64,000 nt of DNA from Candidatus Nanohalarchaeota archaeon (GCA_022729235.1 JALDAJ010000001.1:672001-736000); one strand, 5' to 3'; counted from the first letter of the stretch, positions 18,162 to 28,595 are shown. The notes: a model not told the origin generated them from the letters alone. Translations and numbers: made by a program.

Positions 18162-21100
18162 CTATGCTGGGTTGGAGAAACTGAAACTTATTCTCCTACC
18201 CTCGAATTCTACTTCTCCCTTGTGTTCAAAGTGTTCGTCTGTGTAGCTTATCTCGTTGACGTTCACGCGCTGTCGTAATCTGTCCTCGAAGCTCTCTACT
18301 GCTTCAGCGTTCCCTGAAAGTGCAAGATCAACCTCGTCTTCTACTTCCAGTCCTGCTTCTTTTCGCTTCTGCTGGACTGCGCGGATAACCTCGTTTACAA
18401 ATGCTTCGTCTAACAGTTCCTCTGTTCTCTCTGTATCAATCCTGACAACTCCCCGGGAAAATTCTTCGCCAGACATCCCTTCAGGTACGTGGGTTCTGAC
18501 CTCAAACATCTCTTCTCCCAGTTCGTGTCCGGCTAGCTCTACTCCTCCTTCAATTTCTTCTGCGAGTTCCTGGTGGTTCGTATCTGCCAGGGCTTTCTCT
18601 ACTTTCTTCACATCGCCCCCGAGTTCTGGTCCTGCCTTCTGGTAGTCAAGCTTGACCTCGTAATCAAGTTCCATCTCTTCAAACTCTACCTTCTTCGCAT
18701 TCAGTCTATGCTCCATCACGTCCTGGAGTCTGCTGACTGCAGTCTCTACTCCTTCCTGACCGCTGATAGTGACCTTCCTTACTGGGTGTCTAAGGCTGAT
18801 ACCGTTTTCCTGCCTGAGTCTTGCGACCGCCTCTTCTAAATCCTGGTATATGGACATCGCTTCCTCAAGCTCTCCGTCTATTACCTCTTCATCTACCATA
18901 GGATAGTCTTCGAGGTGAATCGATTTTTCGCCGTTCCAGTGGTAGTCTGCGAAGTACGGTGTAAACGGTGCCAGCGTTTTCAGCAGCTGATCGGTTACGG
19001 TTCTGAGCGTCCATTCCGCGGCTTTTCTATCGTCTCCCTCGTATCCTGGTCTCAGCCGGTCGCGTATCATCTTGATGTAGCTCCGGGACAGGTCGTTAGC
19101 TGCGAATTCTTCGATATGATTCACCGCTCTGAATGCTGTGAACTCTGGTTCTGAAGAGTACTTCTTGACATTCTCTATCATCGTGTTAAGGCGTGACAGT
19201 ATCCATCTGTCCTCGAGTTCAAGCTCTTCAGGTCTCTCTACTTCTGAGGTGTAAGTGTCCTTGTAGCTGTAGGTGTTCCAGAGCAGGTTCATGAAGTCGA
19301 ATGATTCCTCTACCTCGTCCCACTCCCAGCTCCAGTCCTCGGAGACGTCTTTCGTCAGTATGTAGTACCGGAGCAGGTCTCGCCCGTATCTCTCTATGAC
19401 TTCTTCCGGCTCGACGATTATGCCTTTCGACTTGGACATCTCTTTTCCTTCGAGCTTGACTTTGCCGTGATAGATAACGTTGTTGAAAGGTCTTACATCG
19501 TGTGTCATGATGGATGTGATGAACTGGCTGTTCCACCACCCTCTTATCTGGTCGAACCCTTCTTCTTCAAGGTCTACAGGTCCTTCTTCCTCGAATGTGA
19601 AGTCGACCTCCGGGTGTTTCAGTGATGCCCATGGCGCAACCCCTGAATCAAACCATACGTCGAGTACGTCAGGTATACGGGTCATGTCTCCGTTGCATTC
19701 ATCGCATTCCAGTTTGACCTCGTCGATGTAAGGTCGGTGGAGGTCATCCAGGTCTTCTGGTAGTTCGTCTCGTGAACCGACGACCTCGGTGTTGTCGCAT
19801 CCTTCGCACTCCCAGATGGGTAGTGGGATTCCCCAGTAGCGCTGCCGGGATACAGGCCAGTCACCGAGCTGTTCCAACCATTCCCGGAACTTGTCGCCTG
19901 ACCAGTCAGGAACCCAGTTGACCTTTTCGTTTTCTTCTACCAGTTTATCGCGGAACTTGGTGGCTCCGAAGAACCACTGCGGTACCGCTAATTGTAGAAG
20001 CGGGGTGTCACATCTCCAGCACTTCGGATACTCGTGGTGTAAAGTTCCCTGGTGCAGGAGCGCGTCTTTCTCTTCTAGGTCTTTCATTATCTGGTCGTCC
20101 GCGTCCTTGACATGCATACCCTCGTACTTTCCAGCATCCTCAGTGTATTCTCCTTTCAGGTTGACAGGGTTGAGCAGCGGCAGGTCCTCTTCCTGCCCGA
20201 CTTCGTAGTCCTCGCTACCGTGTCCCGGTGCTGTGTGGACAAGACCTGTACCTTCTTCAAGTGTTACGTAACGCTCCGAGAGAACTACTTTACCTGTTAT
20301 ATCTTCCTGTTGAGTTACTTCTTCCTTTAGCGGGTTCTGGTACGTCTTTCCTTCAAGCCGGTCACCGCTAACTTTCTTCCCGATCTCGTAGTCTTCTACT
20401 CCAAACTTTGCCATCAGGTCGTCTACAAGTTCCGATGCTATCCAGACCTTCCTGTTGTTGAAGCTGACAAGCGCGTAGTCGAAGTCTGGGTTGACCATGA
20501 CTCCTGTATTTGATGGGATTGTCCACGGCGTCGTAGTATAGATCAGTAGTTCCTCATTCGAATCTTCAACCGGTAGAGCAACGTAAACAGTCGGATCGGT
20601 CAGCTTGGTGTACTCTACCTCGTTGTAGGCTACTGCTGTTTCACACCTTGAACATACATGGACGCTGTACGAGTCCTTGTAGAGGAAACCCTTTTCGTAA
20701 GCCTTCTTGAAGGTCTCCCACGCACCTTCGATATAGTAGTTGTGGAGAGTGAGGTAAGGGTTCTCCCAGTCCATCCAGACACCCATCTCCTTGAAGTCAT
20801 TGTTCATGTCCTCGATGTACTCTGTCGCGAAATCCTTGCATTCATGGATAAAGTTCTCCACGCCGAAGTCCTCGATGTCCTGCTTCTTGGTGAATCCTTC
20901 CTGTTCCTCCACCTTGTTCTCGATAGGAAGACCGTGGGTGTCGTATCCTGGCTGGGCGTGGACGTAGTAACCGTTCATACGGTGGAAACGGATGAAGTAG
21001 TCCTTGAGAATCTTACCCATCGCGGTTCCCATGTGCATGGAACCTGTCGGGTACGGAGGACCGTCAAGGAAGTAGAATATCTCTCCGTCCTCCTCGTTTT

Positions 21101-21185
21101 TCTCCAGTGCTTTCCGCCTTGTATCGTTTTCACTCCATACCTGTTTAACCCGTTTTTCTACCTTATCAGGATTGTATTCAGTCAT
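18162..21185 (-). CDS. ileS: Isoleucyl-tRNA synthetase
   Basis: DGPPYPTG..HMG, TTTPWT, GTGLVHTAPGHG, SRQRYWG, MSKSKG. Confidence 0.96.
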   Translation of the reverse strand: MTEYNPDKVEKRVKQVWSENDTRRKALEKNEEDGEIFYFLDGPPYPTGSMHMGTAMGKILKDYFIRFHRMNGYYVHAQPGYDTHGLPIENKVEEQEGFTKKQDIEDFGVENFIHECKDFATEYIEDMNNDFKEMGVWMDWENPYLTLHNYYIEGAWETFKKAYEKGFLYKDSYSVHVCSRCETAVAYNEVEYTKLTDPTVYVALPVEDSNEELLIYTTTPWTIPSNTGVMVNPDFDYALVSFNNRKVWIASELVDDLMAKFGVEDYEIGKKVSGDRLEGKTYQNPLKEEVTQQEDITGKVVLSERYVTLEEGTGLVHTAPGHGSEDYEVGQEEDLPLLNPVNLKGEYTEDAGKYEGMHVKDADDQIMKDLEEKDALLHQGTLHHEYPKCWRCDTPLLQLAVPQWFFGATKFRDKLVEENEKVNWVPDWSGDKFREWLEQLGDWPVSRQRYWGIPLPIWECEGCDNTEVVGSRDELPEDLDDLHRPYIDEVKLECDECNGDMTRIPDVLDVWFDSGVAPWASLKHPEVDFTFEEEGPVDLEEEGFDQIRGWWNSQFITSIMTHDVRPFNNVIYHGKVKLEGKEMSKSKGIIVEPEEVIERYGRDLLRYYILTKDVSEDWSWEWDEVEESFDFMNLLWNTYSYKDTYTSEVERPEELELEDRWILSRLNTMIENVKKYSSEPEFTAFRAVNHIEEFAANDLSRSYIKMIRDRLRPGYEGDDRKAAEWTLRTVTDQLLKTLAPFTPYFADYHWNGEKSIHLEDYPMVDEEVIDGELEEAMSIYQDLEEAVARLRQENGISLRHPVRKVTISGQEGVETAVSRLQDVMEHRLNAKKVEFEEMELDYEVKLDYQKAGPELGGDVKKVEKALADTNHQELAEEIEGGVELAGHELGEEMFEVRTHVPEGMSGEEFSRGVVRIDTERTEELLDEAFVNEVIRAVQQKRKEAGLEVEDEVDLALSGNAEAVESFEDRLRQRVNVNEISYTDEHFEHKGEVEFEGRRISFSFSNPA

Positions 21186-21231
21186 AATCTACAGAAAGCA
21201 ACTGAAAGTTAAAAGGATTGTCTTGACCTTT

Positions 21232-21564
21232 TCAGAGGTCGTATTCTTCTGGATCTTCCTCTGTGTTATGGTAGATCGGCTCATCAACAGACGCTATATC
21301 TTCATCTGTATCTCCTCTAAGATACAGGAGTGCTGTGCCGGCTAATGCTAACGGCGCTAGTACAAGAGCGCCAAAACCGGGACCATATTCTGGGTTGCCT
21401 GCTGCTTCCTGAGTGGCAGTGTTGTTGGCGAGCAGGTATGCCGCGTCTGCAACGGCGGCAGGATCATAGACGTCATCAGTTGCTTTCGGGATTGAATCAA
21501 TAGCACCTCCAAGACTGTCTCTGAGATTGTTCCAAGATGAGTCTGCGCCTTCTAAAGTTCCCAT
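21232..21564 (-). CDS. Small membrane protein with an internal PGF-CTERM-like segment
   Basis: GPGFGALVLAPLALAGTALLYLR followed by an acidic tail. Confidence 0.6.
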   Translation of the reverse strand: MGTLEGADSSWNNLRDSLGGAIDSIPKATDDVYDPAAVADAAYLLANNTATQEAAGNPEYGPGFGALVLAPLALAGTALLYLRGDTDEDIASVDEPIYHNTEEDPEEYDL

Positions 21565-21598
21565 AATGTTTATTTCTCTCAAAACTTTTTATCTCTGG

Positions 21599-22306
21599 TT
21601 ACCGCCACTCGAAGCTCTTGCCGTCCCAGTGACCTTCTCCTTCCAGCTCGTCTTCCGCATCTTCGTCTTCTGGCTCGGAGCTACTGTCTGCATCTGGAGA
21701 GGCTGACTCTGCTGGAGGCTCCGGTGAATTGCTTTCTTCTTCCCGGGTCTGCTTCTCTTTTTTATTCTGTTTCTGGGTGGCGCTCCTTGCGGCTTTGCTG
21801 ACCGCTGACTCTTCAAGGTGGCGCTTGCTCTCCTCGTGAGGTTCCCGCGTTTCCGCTTCAAAGTCAACGCTTACAGAGGACATCGACTCCTGTATATCTT
21901 CTAACTCTGGTTGAAGCTCCTCCCTCTGCGGGAAGATAGCCCCGGTTGGTGTCCCTGCGTTCTCCTCGTCCTCGAATCTCGGGAACACGATTATGTAGGC
22001 GTGCGGAAGCATCTGTCCGCCCGCTTCCTCGATGTTCACCGCGACTGATGCCCCGTCAGCTCCAAGCCCTTTCTTTGCTTTCTCGACAACCATCCTCGTC
22101 AGTTTCATCGCTTCCTGCCATTCACCCGGCGACAGTTCAAGGAGGTTCTCCTTGTGCTCCTTGGGTACAATCATGGTGTGACCTTTTGCTCGCGGGTTGA
22201 TCTCCAGCCAGGCGTAGAAATTCTCGGTTTCCCCGACCGTTAAGAGCTGGTCAGGGTTCTCGATTAGCTGGCAGAACGGGCACTGTCCTCCCTGTTGTGG
22301 TGGCAT
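21599..22306 (-). CDS. HIT family protein with acidic C-terminal extension
   Basis: CPFC, NP..KGHT..VPKEH, AGGQMLPHAY (degenerate HxHxH). Confidence 0.85.
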   Translation of the reverse strand: MPPQQGGQCPFCQLIENPDQLLTVGETENFYAWLEINPRAKGHTMIVPKEHKENLLELSPGEWQEAMKLTRMVVEKAKKGLGADGASVAVNIEEAGGQMLPHAYIIVFPRFEDEENAGTPTGAIFPQREELQPELEDIQESMSSVSVDFEAETREPHEESKRHLEESAVSKAARSATQKQNKKEKQTREEESNSPEPPAESASPDADSSSEPEDEDAEDELEGEGHWDGKSFEWR

Positions 22307-22446
22307 AACTGGAATTAGTCAGCGGTTTTTACATTCTTTTGTTCTGGGAGAGAACATCTGCTTCGAGAGTTACTTCTGGGAGTGACAAGAGGTTTATAAA
22401 GATAGCTGGCTATTTCAAGCATACACTTACACAGGTGCATTTGCCT

Positions 22447-22812
22447 ATGAACGATTTTGACGACCAGTTTGACGACGATTTCGACGAAGATTTTGAAAAC
22501 GAAGAAGAACTTGACGAAGGCTTTGACGACCAGGTCGGAGAAGACGAAGACTTCGATGAAGGAGCTGACGAGGAACCGGTTGAAGACGAGGGAGGTTACG
22601 AAGATGAAGATGATGAAGAGGATTTCGATAAGCCGGTCTCGGAAGGAGAAGTAGTTGAAGTAGAGATCGATGACCTCGGTAGCAAGGGCGACGGTATCGC
22701 CCGCGTAGAAGGCTTCGTTGTTTTCGTTCCAGGAGGAGAAGTAGGGGAGACCTACGAAGTGGAAGTTACCTCTGTCGGACGGAAGTTCGCCTTCGCGGAG
22801 ATTGTTGAGTAA
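22447..22812 (+). CDS. Single TRAM-domain RNA-binding protein with long acidic N-tail
   Basis: [32 protein letters not shown]. Confidence 0.92.
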   Translation: MNDFDDQFDDDFDEDFENEEELDEGFDDQVGEDEDFDEGADEEPVEDEGGYEDEDDEEDFDKPVSEGEVVEVEIDDLGSKGDGIARVEGFVVFVPGGEVGETYEVEVTSVGRKFAFAEIVE

Positions 22813-22906
22813 ACTGTCTCCTGTCGCTACGAGACTTTTTACATTTTCTCTTTAACTTCTATTTCTATACCATGATCAGTGGAGTCTGTCAGGTACAGGT
22901 GTTAGA

Positions 22907-24055
22907 ATGAATCATGTGCTCGTAAGATACAGCAGTATAGGCACCAAGTCCAGACCGGTACAAAAGAGGATGCGCGCCGTCCTGAGGCAGCGGGTCCAGG
23001 ACAGGATGGAGTATGAAGACATCGACTACGAGAAGGTATCTACTGATCACGGCAGGATAATAGTGAAAACCTCCAGCGCTGAGGAGGCAGCCGAGAATGT
23101 GTCAGAGCTTCCGGGTGTGGCGTCAGCATCTCCAGCTCTTAAGACTGGGGCGGACATGGAGTCGATTAAGGTGGCGTCGGAGGAGTTTGAGTATGGTGAT
23201 ACGTTCGGCATTGACGCGAACAGGGCGGGGAAGCACGATTTCTCCAGCCAGGACGTAAAGGTCGAGCTTGGCTCATATGTGGAGGATTTCACTGGTGCTA
23301 CTGTAGATCTTGATAACCCTGACACACTCCTGGAGGCGGATATTCGGAATGACGATGCTTATCTTTTCACTGAGAGGGTAAAAGGTCCGGGAGGCTTGCC
23401 TGTCGGAAGCCAGGGATCGCTGGCTGCGTTGGTTAGTGGGGGCATAGATTCTCCAGTTGCCGCTTACCAGGTCATGAAGAAGGGTGCGGATATAGTCCCG
23501 ATTTACTTCTACAACAAACCTATAGCGGCAGAAGACCACTTATTGAGGTTCCATGCCTCACTTGAAAAACTGCGGCGTTTCAACCCTGGCAAGAACTGGG
23601 AGTACTATGTCATCGATATGGAGGAGGTCAACAAGGAACTGAGGGGTGTTGGAAAAGGCAGGATGCTGCTTCACCGTATCGTTATGTTCCGGGTCGCGGA
23701 AAAGATAGCGGAGAAAGAAGGCGTGAAAGGTATAGTTACGGGAGAGTCGCTGGGGCAGAAATCCTCCCAGACCGCGACCAACCTTGAGCTGACCTCTCAA
23801 GAGGTCGGAAAACCTATCTACCGACCGTTGCTGGGATTGGACAAGAATGAGATTGTTGCCCGGGCAAAGAAGCTAGGGACGTTCAAGGAGGCGACCATAG
23901 ACTCCGCCTGTAGCACTTTGGCTCCAGAGAAGCCCTCAACCCGTATGAATGGTGGTGTGTTGGGTGAGCTGAAGACAGAAGTGGATATAGAGGGATTAGT
24001 TGAGAAAGCGTTTGAAACCCGGGATAAGCATGTTCTTGGGAACCGAAAAGATTAA
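22907..24055 (+). CDS. thiI: tRNA 4-thiouridine synthase (THUMP + PP-loop)
   Basis: GPGGLPVG, SGGIDS, GESLGQKSSQT. Confidence 0.93.
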   Translation: MNHVLVRYSSIGTKSRPVQKRMRAVLRQRVQDRMEYEDIDYEKVSTDHGRIIVKTSSAEEAAENVSELPGVASASPALKTGADMESIKVASEEFEYGDTFGIDANRAGKHDFSSQDVKVELGSYVEDFTGATVDLDNPDTLLEADIRNDDAYLFTERVKGPGGLPVGSQGSLAALVSGGIDSPVAAYQVMKKGADIVPIYFYNKPIAAEDHLLRFHASLEKLRRFNPGKNWEYYVIDMEEVNKELRGVGKGRMLLHRIVMFRVAEKIAEKEGVKGIVTGESLGQKSSQTATNLELTSQEVGKPIYRPLLGLDKNEIVARAKKLGTFKEATIDSACSTLAPEKPSTRMNGGVLGELKTEVDIEGLVEKAFETRDKHVLGNRKD

Positions 24056-24081
24056 ATAGCCTGCGGAGTCCGTGAATCCAT

Positions 24082-24387
24082 ATGTCTATACAGGAGAGAC
24101 GTGAAGAAGCCGAGGCGGTACTTGACTCCGCTGAAATGCTGCTCGAGACTTACCCGGGTGCGGGTGAAAAGAAAAGAGAGCTGGAGAGAAAAGTCAATGA
24201 ACTGGAACGAGAGCTCCAGGACCCTGATTCCGAGCAATCGCTCAAGAAATTGATTGATGATATAAGAGGTCTGATGGATGACATGAAGGATGAACCTGTT
24301 GACGAGTCCATGGACGAGCCAATGATGGGTCCTGAGGACAATATGGGTCCGGGTCCGGGCATGGAAGACGACGTACCCCCTTTCTAA
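24082..24387 (+). CDS. Hypothetical protein
   Basis: Acidic helical ORF with ATG start. Confidence 0.65.
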   Translation: MSIQERREEAEAVLDSAEMLLETYPGAGEKKRELERKVNELERELQDPDSEQSLKKLIDDIRGLMDDMKDEPVDESMDEPMMGPEDNMGPGPGMEDDVPPF

Positions 24388-24420
24388 CTCTTCTTAAGTC
24401 TGCGGTAAGAATCAAGGGTT

Positions 24421-24825
24421 ATGGATAACAGGGAGCTAGTGGAACAGTCCGTGATGAATAACCTTGGTGTAAGCTTCACCGAACTGAAGGAGATTACCGG
24501 TCTGGTCAACGGAGTGGTTCAGTATCACATCCGCCGTTCTGACAGGATTGAGAAGAAAAGAGGGGTTATACTGGAGAAAGGAGCGTGCAGCGGGTGTGGT
24601 TTAAGAGATATCTGTACGCGAAAATGCCTGATCGGCGAGTTGAGGGATTTAAGGAAACGTAGGATTCTTGAGATGAAGCATGAAGGCTTCAGCCAGAAAG
24701 AAATAGCCTCCGATCTGGGTATCGATGAGTCAACGGTGAGCTATCACGTGAACAGGATGAGAGACATGGACTTGCTGGAAGGCGAAACCCTGGTTGAAGA
24801 GGTCAGGGAGCATATCAGGGTTTGA
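24421..24825 (+). CDS. Winged-HTH transcription regulator with Cys cluster
   Basis: Two HTH segments (GVVQYH; SQKEIASDLGIDESTVSYH) separated by CSGC...C...C. Confidence 0.8.
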   Translation: MDNRELVEQSVMNNLGVSFTELKEITGLVNGVVQYHIRRSDRIEKKRGVILEKGACSGCGLRDICTRKCLIGELRDLRKRRILEMKHEGFSQKEIASDLGIDESTVSYHVNRMRDMDLLEGETLVEEVREHIRV

Positions 24826-24882
24826 AACCTTTACTACAAGCTTTTTATCCCGACTCAAGAAATCTTTGCACGGGAAGGGGAA

Positions 24883-25872
24883 ATGAAGGTAGCTTGGTTT
24901 GACACGGAGGACTGGGAGCGAGATTACCTGGAGAAAAAGGATCTGGAGTTCGAGATAGATTTTTTCGAACAACCCTTGACACCGGAAACCGCCGAAAAAG
25001 CGGAAGGATACGATATAGTCTCGGTTTTCGTCTCTTCTGAAGTCAGTGGAGAAGTCATAGACAGGCTGGACTGCAACCTCGTGGCGTGCCGTTCGACCGG
25101 TTATGACCACGTTGCGACCGGGAAGGCGGCTGAAAAGGGTATACCTGTGAGTAATGTTCCGGATTATGGAGGTACCACTGTCGCGGAGCATACTTTCGGT
25201 CTTATACTCGCGCTTTCCCGCAGAATTTACGATGCTATCCGGAGAGTGGAGGAAGAAAATTTCAGCCACCAGGGGCTCCAGGGCTTCGACCTGAAGGGTA
25301 AGAAGTTAGGAGTCGTTGGAACCGGGACGATAGGAAAGAATGTGATAAGAATCGCGAACGGATTCGACATGCACGTCATCGCGTACGATCCACAGCCAGA
25401 CAGGCACGCAGAGCACGAACTCGGCTTCATGTACGTCGACCTTGATGACTTACTGGAGCAGGCACATATAGTTACGCTGCACTGCCCGTTAACTGATGCC
25501 ACGGAGAATATGTTGTCGGAAAAGGAGTTCGAGAAGATGGAGGATACACTCCTCGTCAACACCGCGAGAGGAGAACTCATCGACCAGGAAGCCCTTATAG
25601 AGGCGCTGGAAGAGGACTGGGTGAAAGCAGCGGGATTAGACGTACTGGCGGAGGAATGTTTCATCGAGGACGATATCAAGTACCTCGGAGAGCTGGAGGA
25701 GAAATGTGATCCAAGGATTATTCTACAGGATCACATCCTCATGAAGCGAGATGATGTTCTGGTAACACCTCACAACGCCTTCAACTCGCGAGAAGCGCTG
25801 GAACGCATCGAGGACACGACCATAGAAAACATCCGCTCACACAGCAACGTCGTCAACTCTCCGTGGAGCTAA
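24883..25872 (+). CDS. D-2-hydroxyacid (D-lactate) dehydrogenase
   Basis: RSTGYDH, GTGTIG, LHCPLT, NTARG, GLDV, TPHNAF. Confidence 0.92.
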   Translation: MKVAWFDTEDWERDYLEKKDLEFEIDFFEQPLTPETAEKAEGYDIVSVFVSSEVSGEVIDRLDCNLVACRSTGYDHVATGKAAEKGIPVSNVPDYGGTTVAEHTFGLILALSRRIYDAIRRVEEENFSHQGLQGFDLKGKKLGVVGTGTIGKNVIRIANGFDMHVIAYDPQPDRHAEHELGFMYVDLDDLLEQAHIVTLHCPLTDATENMLSEKEFEKMEDTLLVNTARGELIDQEALIEALEEDWVKAAGLDVLAEECFIEDDIKYLGELEEKCDPRIILQDHILMKRDDVLVTPHNAFNSREALERIEDTTIENIRSHSNVVNSPWS

Positions 25873-26398
25873 ATCTCCACACAAGCACGAGTATAGCTAT
25901 CATCGCTGTCAGCGCCATCATCGGGATGGAGATGTAGCCGAAGTAGAACGTGTAGGTTGTCTCACAGGACACGGACAGTACCGAGCACCCGGCGTCCTGG
26001 AACTGGTCGAGTCTCTGTATCATGTAATGGTAAGCCGCTATAGGGATTCCTATCATCGCCAGCGGCATCACGTAATCAGACACATCGTCCTTTCTAAGCA
26101 CTATCGCAACGCCTAGAAGGACTACCATCGGGTAAATCAGTATGCGCTGGTACCAGCACATGAGGCAGGGCTCCCAGCCAAGTATTTGCGACATGTAGAG
26201 GCTTCCAGAGGTCGCAACCGTTGCCACAAGAAACGCGGTCTCCCGGTACCACTGATACAGGAGTTCTTCCGCCTGTTCAAGATACCTGTTAGACAGGTCG
26301 AAACCGGCTTTACGTCCTATGAAAACTGCGAGTCCGATCAACAGCAGGAGCTGGACCAGCAGGGTCGCGTAGGAAAGACCGGCTATAACAGCACTCAT
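25853..26398 (-). CDS. Disulfide bond formation protein DsbB/BdbC
   Basis: PCLMCWYQR plus a second Cys pair, TM helices. Confidence 0.92.
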   Translation of the reverse strand: MSAVIAGLSYATLLVQLLLLIGLAVFIGRKAGFDLSNRYLEQAEELLYQWYRETAFLVATVATSGSLYMSQILGWEPCLMCWYQRILIYPMVVLLGVAIVLRKDDVSDYVMPLAMIGIPIAAYHYMIQRLDQFQDAGCSVLSVSCETTYTFYFGYISIPMMALTAMIAILVLVWRFSSTES

Positions 26399-26445
26399 GT
26401 ACTTCTTTTCAACTGCGGGATTCAAAACCGTTCTGGTAGAAACGT

Positions 26446-26796
26446 TCAATCGACGCGGAGCAGGTGCGCGTTACAGTTGCAGTCACTGCATCCGAAGTCC
26501 TCTACTGGTTCACCTACTTTCGAGACCGTATCCGCCAGCATGCACTCGAAACTCGAATTCTCAGGGACTACAAGGTAATCAACGGCTTCCGCAACGGAGG
26601 AAAAGTAGTCGATGTGCCAGTGCGTGTTCTCCACCTCGGAAAAGTGTCGCTCGATACGTTTCTCGACAGAGTTCATCGCCGAGCCCGCATAGATGTAGAT
26701 TCCAGGTTCGAACTCTATCTCTCCCAGCGCACCTATCTCTATACTTTTCTTTTCCTCCAGTCTGAAGAACACGAGGTAGACTGCTTTCACACTCAC
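26446..26796 (-). CDS. DUF123 / Uri (GIY-YIG) superfamily protein
   Basis: GIYIYAGSA, RIERH, HWHIDY, FGCSDCNCNAHL. Confidence 0.88.
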   Translation of the reverse strand: MSVKAVYLVFFRLEEKKSIEIGALGEIEFEPGIYIYAGSAMNSVEKRIERHFSEVENTHWHIDYFSSVAEAVDYLVVPENSSFECMLADTVSKVGEPVEDFGCSDCNCNAHLLRVD

Positions 26797-26842
26797 AACT
26801 TGACCAAAAGCTTATCTAAAGCTGACTGTATAAATCCATGAT

Positions 26843-27676
26843 ATGGTCGAATGTGATTACTGTGGAGACGAGTTCGATGACGAACTTGATCTCCACCTCC
26901 ACTGGGGAGAAGAACACGAGGACGAGATAAACTCCCACGAAAAAGACAAGGTCAAGAAGGCGCGTAGAAAGAAGGAAGAGCAGGAAGAAGCCCGGATGAA
27001 GGATAGGAAGAAATACGCGGGCTACGCGCTGACAGGTGTTCTAGCAGTTGTGTTCCTTGCATTTGTAGGACCCCAGGTTGTCCAGATGATAGGTGCTGGT
27101 GACGATGTGGAGATGGAAGAGCTTGAGGCAGAACTTGACCTCGAGGAAAGACCTGTACTTGGAGATAGAGATGCGGACGTAACTGTAATCGAATTCGGAG
27201 ACTACCTGTGTCCCGCCTGCCGAAGCTTCGAACACCGTACTAAAGAACCGCTTAAGAACACAGGTTACTTCCAGGAGGGTAGTGGAGTCAGCTTCTACTA
27301 CGTACATCTACCAGTAGTTGACCCGACAGGTTCTACAAACGCAGCGGCAGCAGCGGAATGCGTCGCGGAGCAGGACCAGGAACAGTACTGGGACTACCAC
27401 GGCGCGCTGTTCCAGAACCAGCAAAATATCAACTACAACACGCAGGGACTGGTTAACCTTGCAGAGCAGTCAACAGAAGGACTGGACTACGAACAGCTTG
27501 AAGCCTGCATCAGCAACGGCGACACGCGCGAAAGAGTAAGTGACGACCAGAGCTTCGCCCACAACAACGGGTTCAGGAGCACACCAACAGTACTCGTGAA
27601 CGGACAGGTAGTACACGACAGGAGCTACGACAACATGGTACAGCTCATAGAAGGAGAGCTTGACCAAGCAGAGTAG
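26843..27676 (+). CDS. DsbA-like thioredoxin with N-terminal zinc finger and membrane anchor
   Basis: CDYC..H...H; TM; EFGDYLCPAC; STPT. Confidence 0.9.
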   Translation: MVECDYCGDEFDDELDLHLHWGEEHEDEINSHEKDKVKKARRKKEEQEEARMKDRKKYAGYALTGVLAVVFLAFVGPQVVQMIGAGDDVEMEELEAELDLEERPVLGDRDADVTVIEFGDYLCPACRSFEHRTKEPLKNTGYFQEGSGVSFYYVHLPVVDPTGSTNAAAAAECVAEQDQEQYWDYHGALFQNQQNINYNTQGLVNLAEQSTEGLDYEQLEACISNGDTRERVSDDQSFAHNNGFRSTPTVLVNGQVVHDRSYDNMVQLIEGELDQAE

Positions 27677-27696
27677 GTCTCAATGACCTCTCTAAC

Positions 27697-27960
27697 TCAC
27701 CTATCTACAAACCTGTAGAACCGGCTAGTTTCACCAGCATCATTTTTCTCCTGGTAACGCATAGCTAATCCCCGTTCCTCGAACCTCTCAAAGAACTCAC
27801 TCCACGAGATACGCTCCAGGTCCTCATCAGGATCGTCCTCGAAATCAAAATGCAGAACTGTGCGCGCCACACCCTTGAAGACGGCAGGTCTACCACCTCT
27901 CTCCTCAGCCCACTCACGGATTTTCTCGTGTTCAGCGGTTTTCAAGGCTTTCTTTGGCAT
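27697..27960 (-). CDS. Conserved small hypothetical protein
   Basis: HEKIREWAEERGGRPA...ISWSEFFERFEE motif. Confidence 0.75.
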   Translation of the reverse strand: MPKKALKTAEHEKIREWAEERGGRPAVFKGVARTVLHFDFEDDPDEDLERISWSEFFERFEERGLAMRYQEKNDAGETSRFYRFVDR

Positions 27961-28056
27961 GGGAACAAAAACATGGAGCTCTCAGCCAGTTTAAACAAAT
28001 CCTCACTCGACCACACCAGAAAACCCGGAACAGAATGTTCGCCGGCGCTGACATCT

Positions 28057-28419
28057 CTAGCCTGTCTCGTCTGGAGAGAGTCCGACGTTTTCGGTCTTAC
28101 AGTACCCGTCTTCCAGTTGAAGTCCGTAATTTTCGCAGTTATACTGTGCCATACAGTAGTTAGCTCCTGTGACTGTTGAACCGAGGTTTATCAGAGAATT
28201 CCTTAGATTCCAGATTCCTGTAAACCGTTCGTTAAGCGCCACCATCGTCCCGCCCATCGCGCAGCTGCAACCAGGTGTGTCAACCAGTTCACACTCGGTA
28301 ACATCATCTGCTGATTGCATGAAGCTCATCATAACCGACGGCGCCAACAAAACTGCTATCAATCCAAGAAGACAAGAAGCCAGTATGATTCCGCCATACT
28401 TCAGGTATCTGTTACGCAC
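28057..28419 (-). CDS. Small membrane-anchored Cys-rich exported protein
   Basis: Start placed at GTG 28419; hydrophobic anchor then CEL..GCSC.MGG...C...C...C. Confidence 0.6.
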   Translation of the reverse strand: MRNRYLKYGGIILASCLLGLIAVLLAPSVMMSFMQSADDVTECELVDTPGCSCAMGGTMVALNERFTGIWNLRNSLINLGSTVTGANYCMAQYNCENYGLQLEDGYCKTENVGLSPDETG

Positions 28420-28464
28420 AGGAACTTTTAGCTTCAGATTGTTAATTAAAGTAGTGGCGGTTAG

Positions 28465-28578
28465 ATGCTGGCGCTGGGTTCGAAACTGCGAGGCAGTTTC
28501 TGTACCATAAGAAAATCTATGATTTTCGAGGATTTGAACCCGAAGCTCGCCGTATCGGGAGCTTCTCTCATCAAATCC
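28465..28578. repeat. Split duplicate of the tRNA-Ser 3' end with three inserted hairpins
   Basis: ATGCTGGCGCTGGG (28465) and GGATTTGAACCC (28530) copy tRNA positions 28595-28618; hairpins at 28481, 28510, 28541. Confidence 0.8.
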
Positions 28579-28595
28579 GCAGTTTAGGCGTGAAA

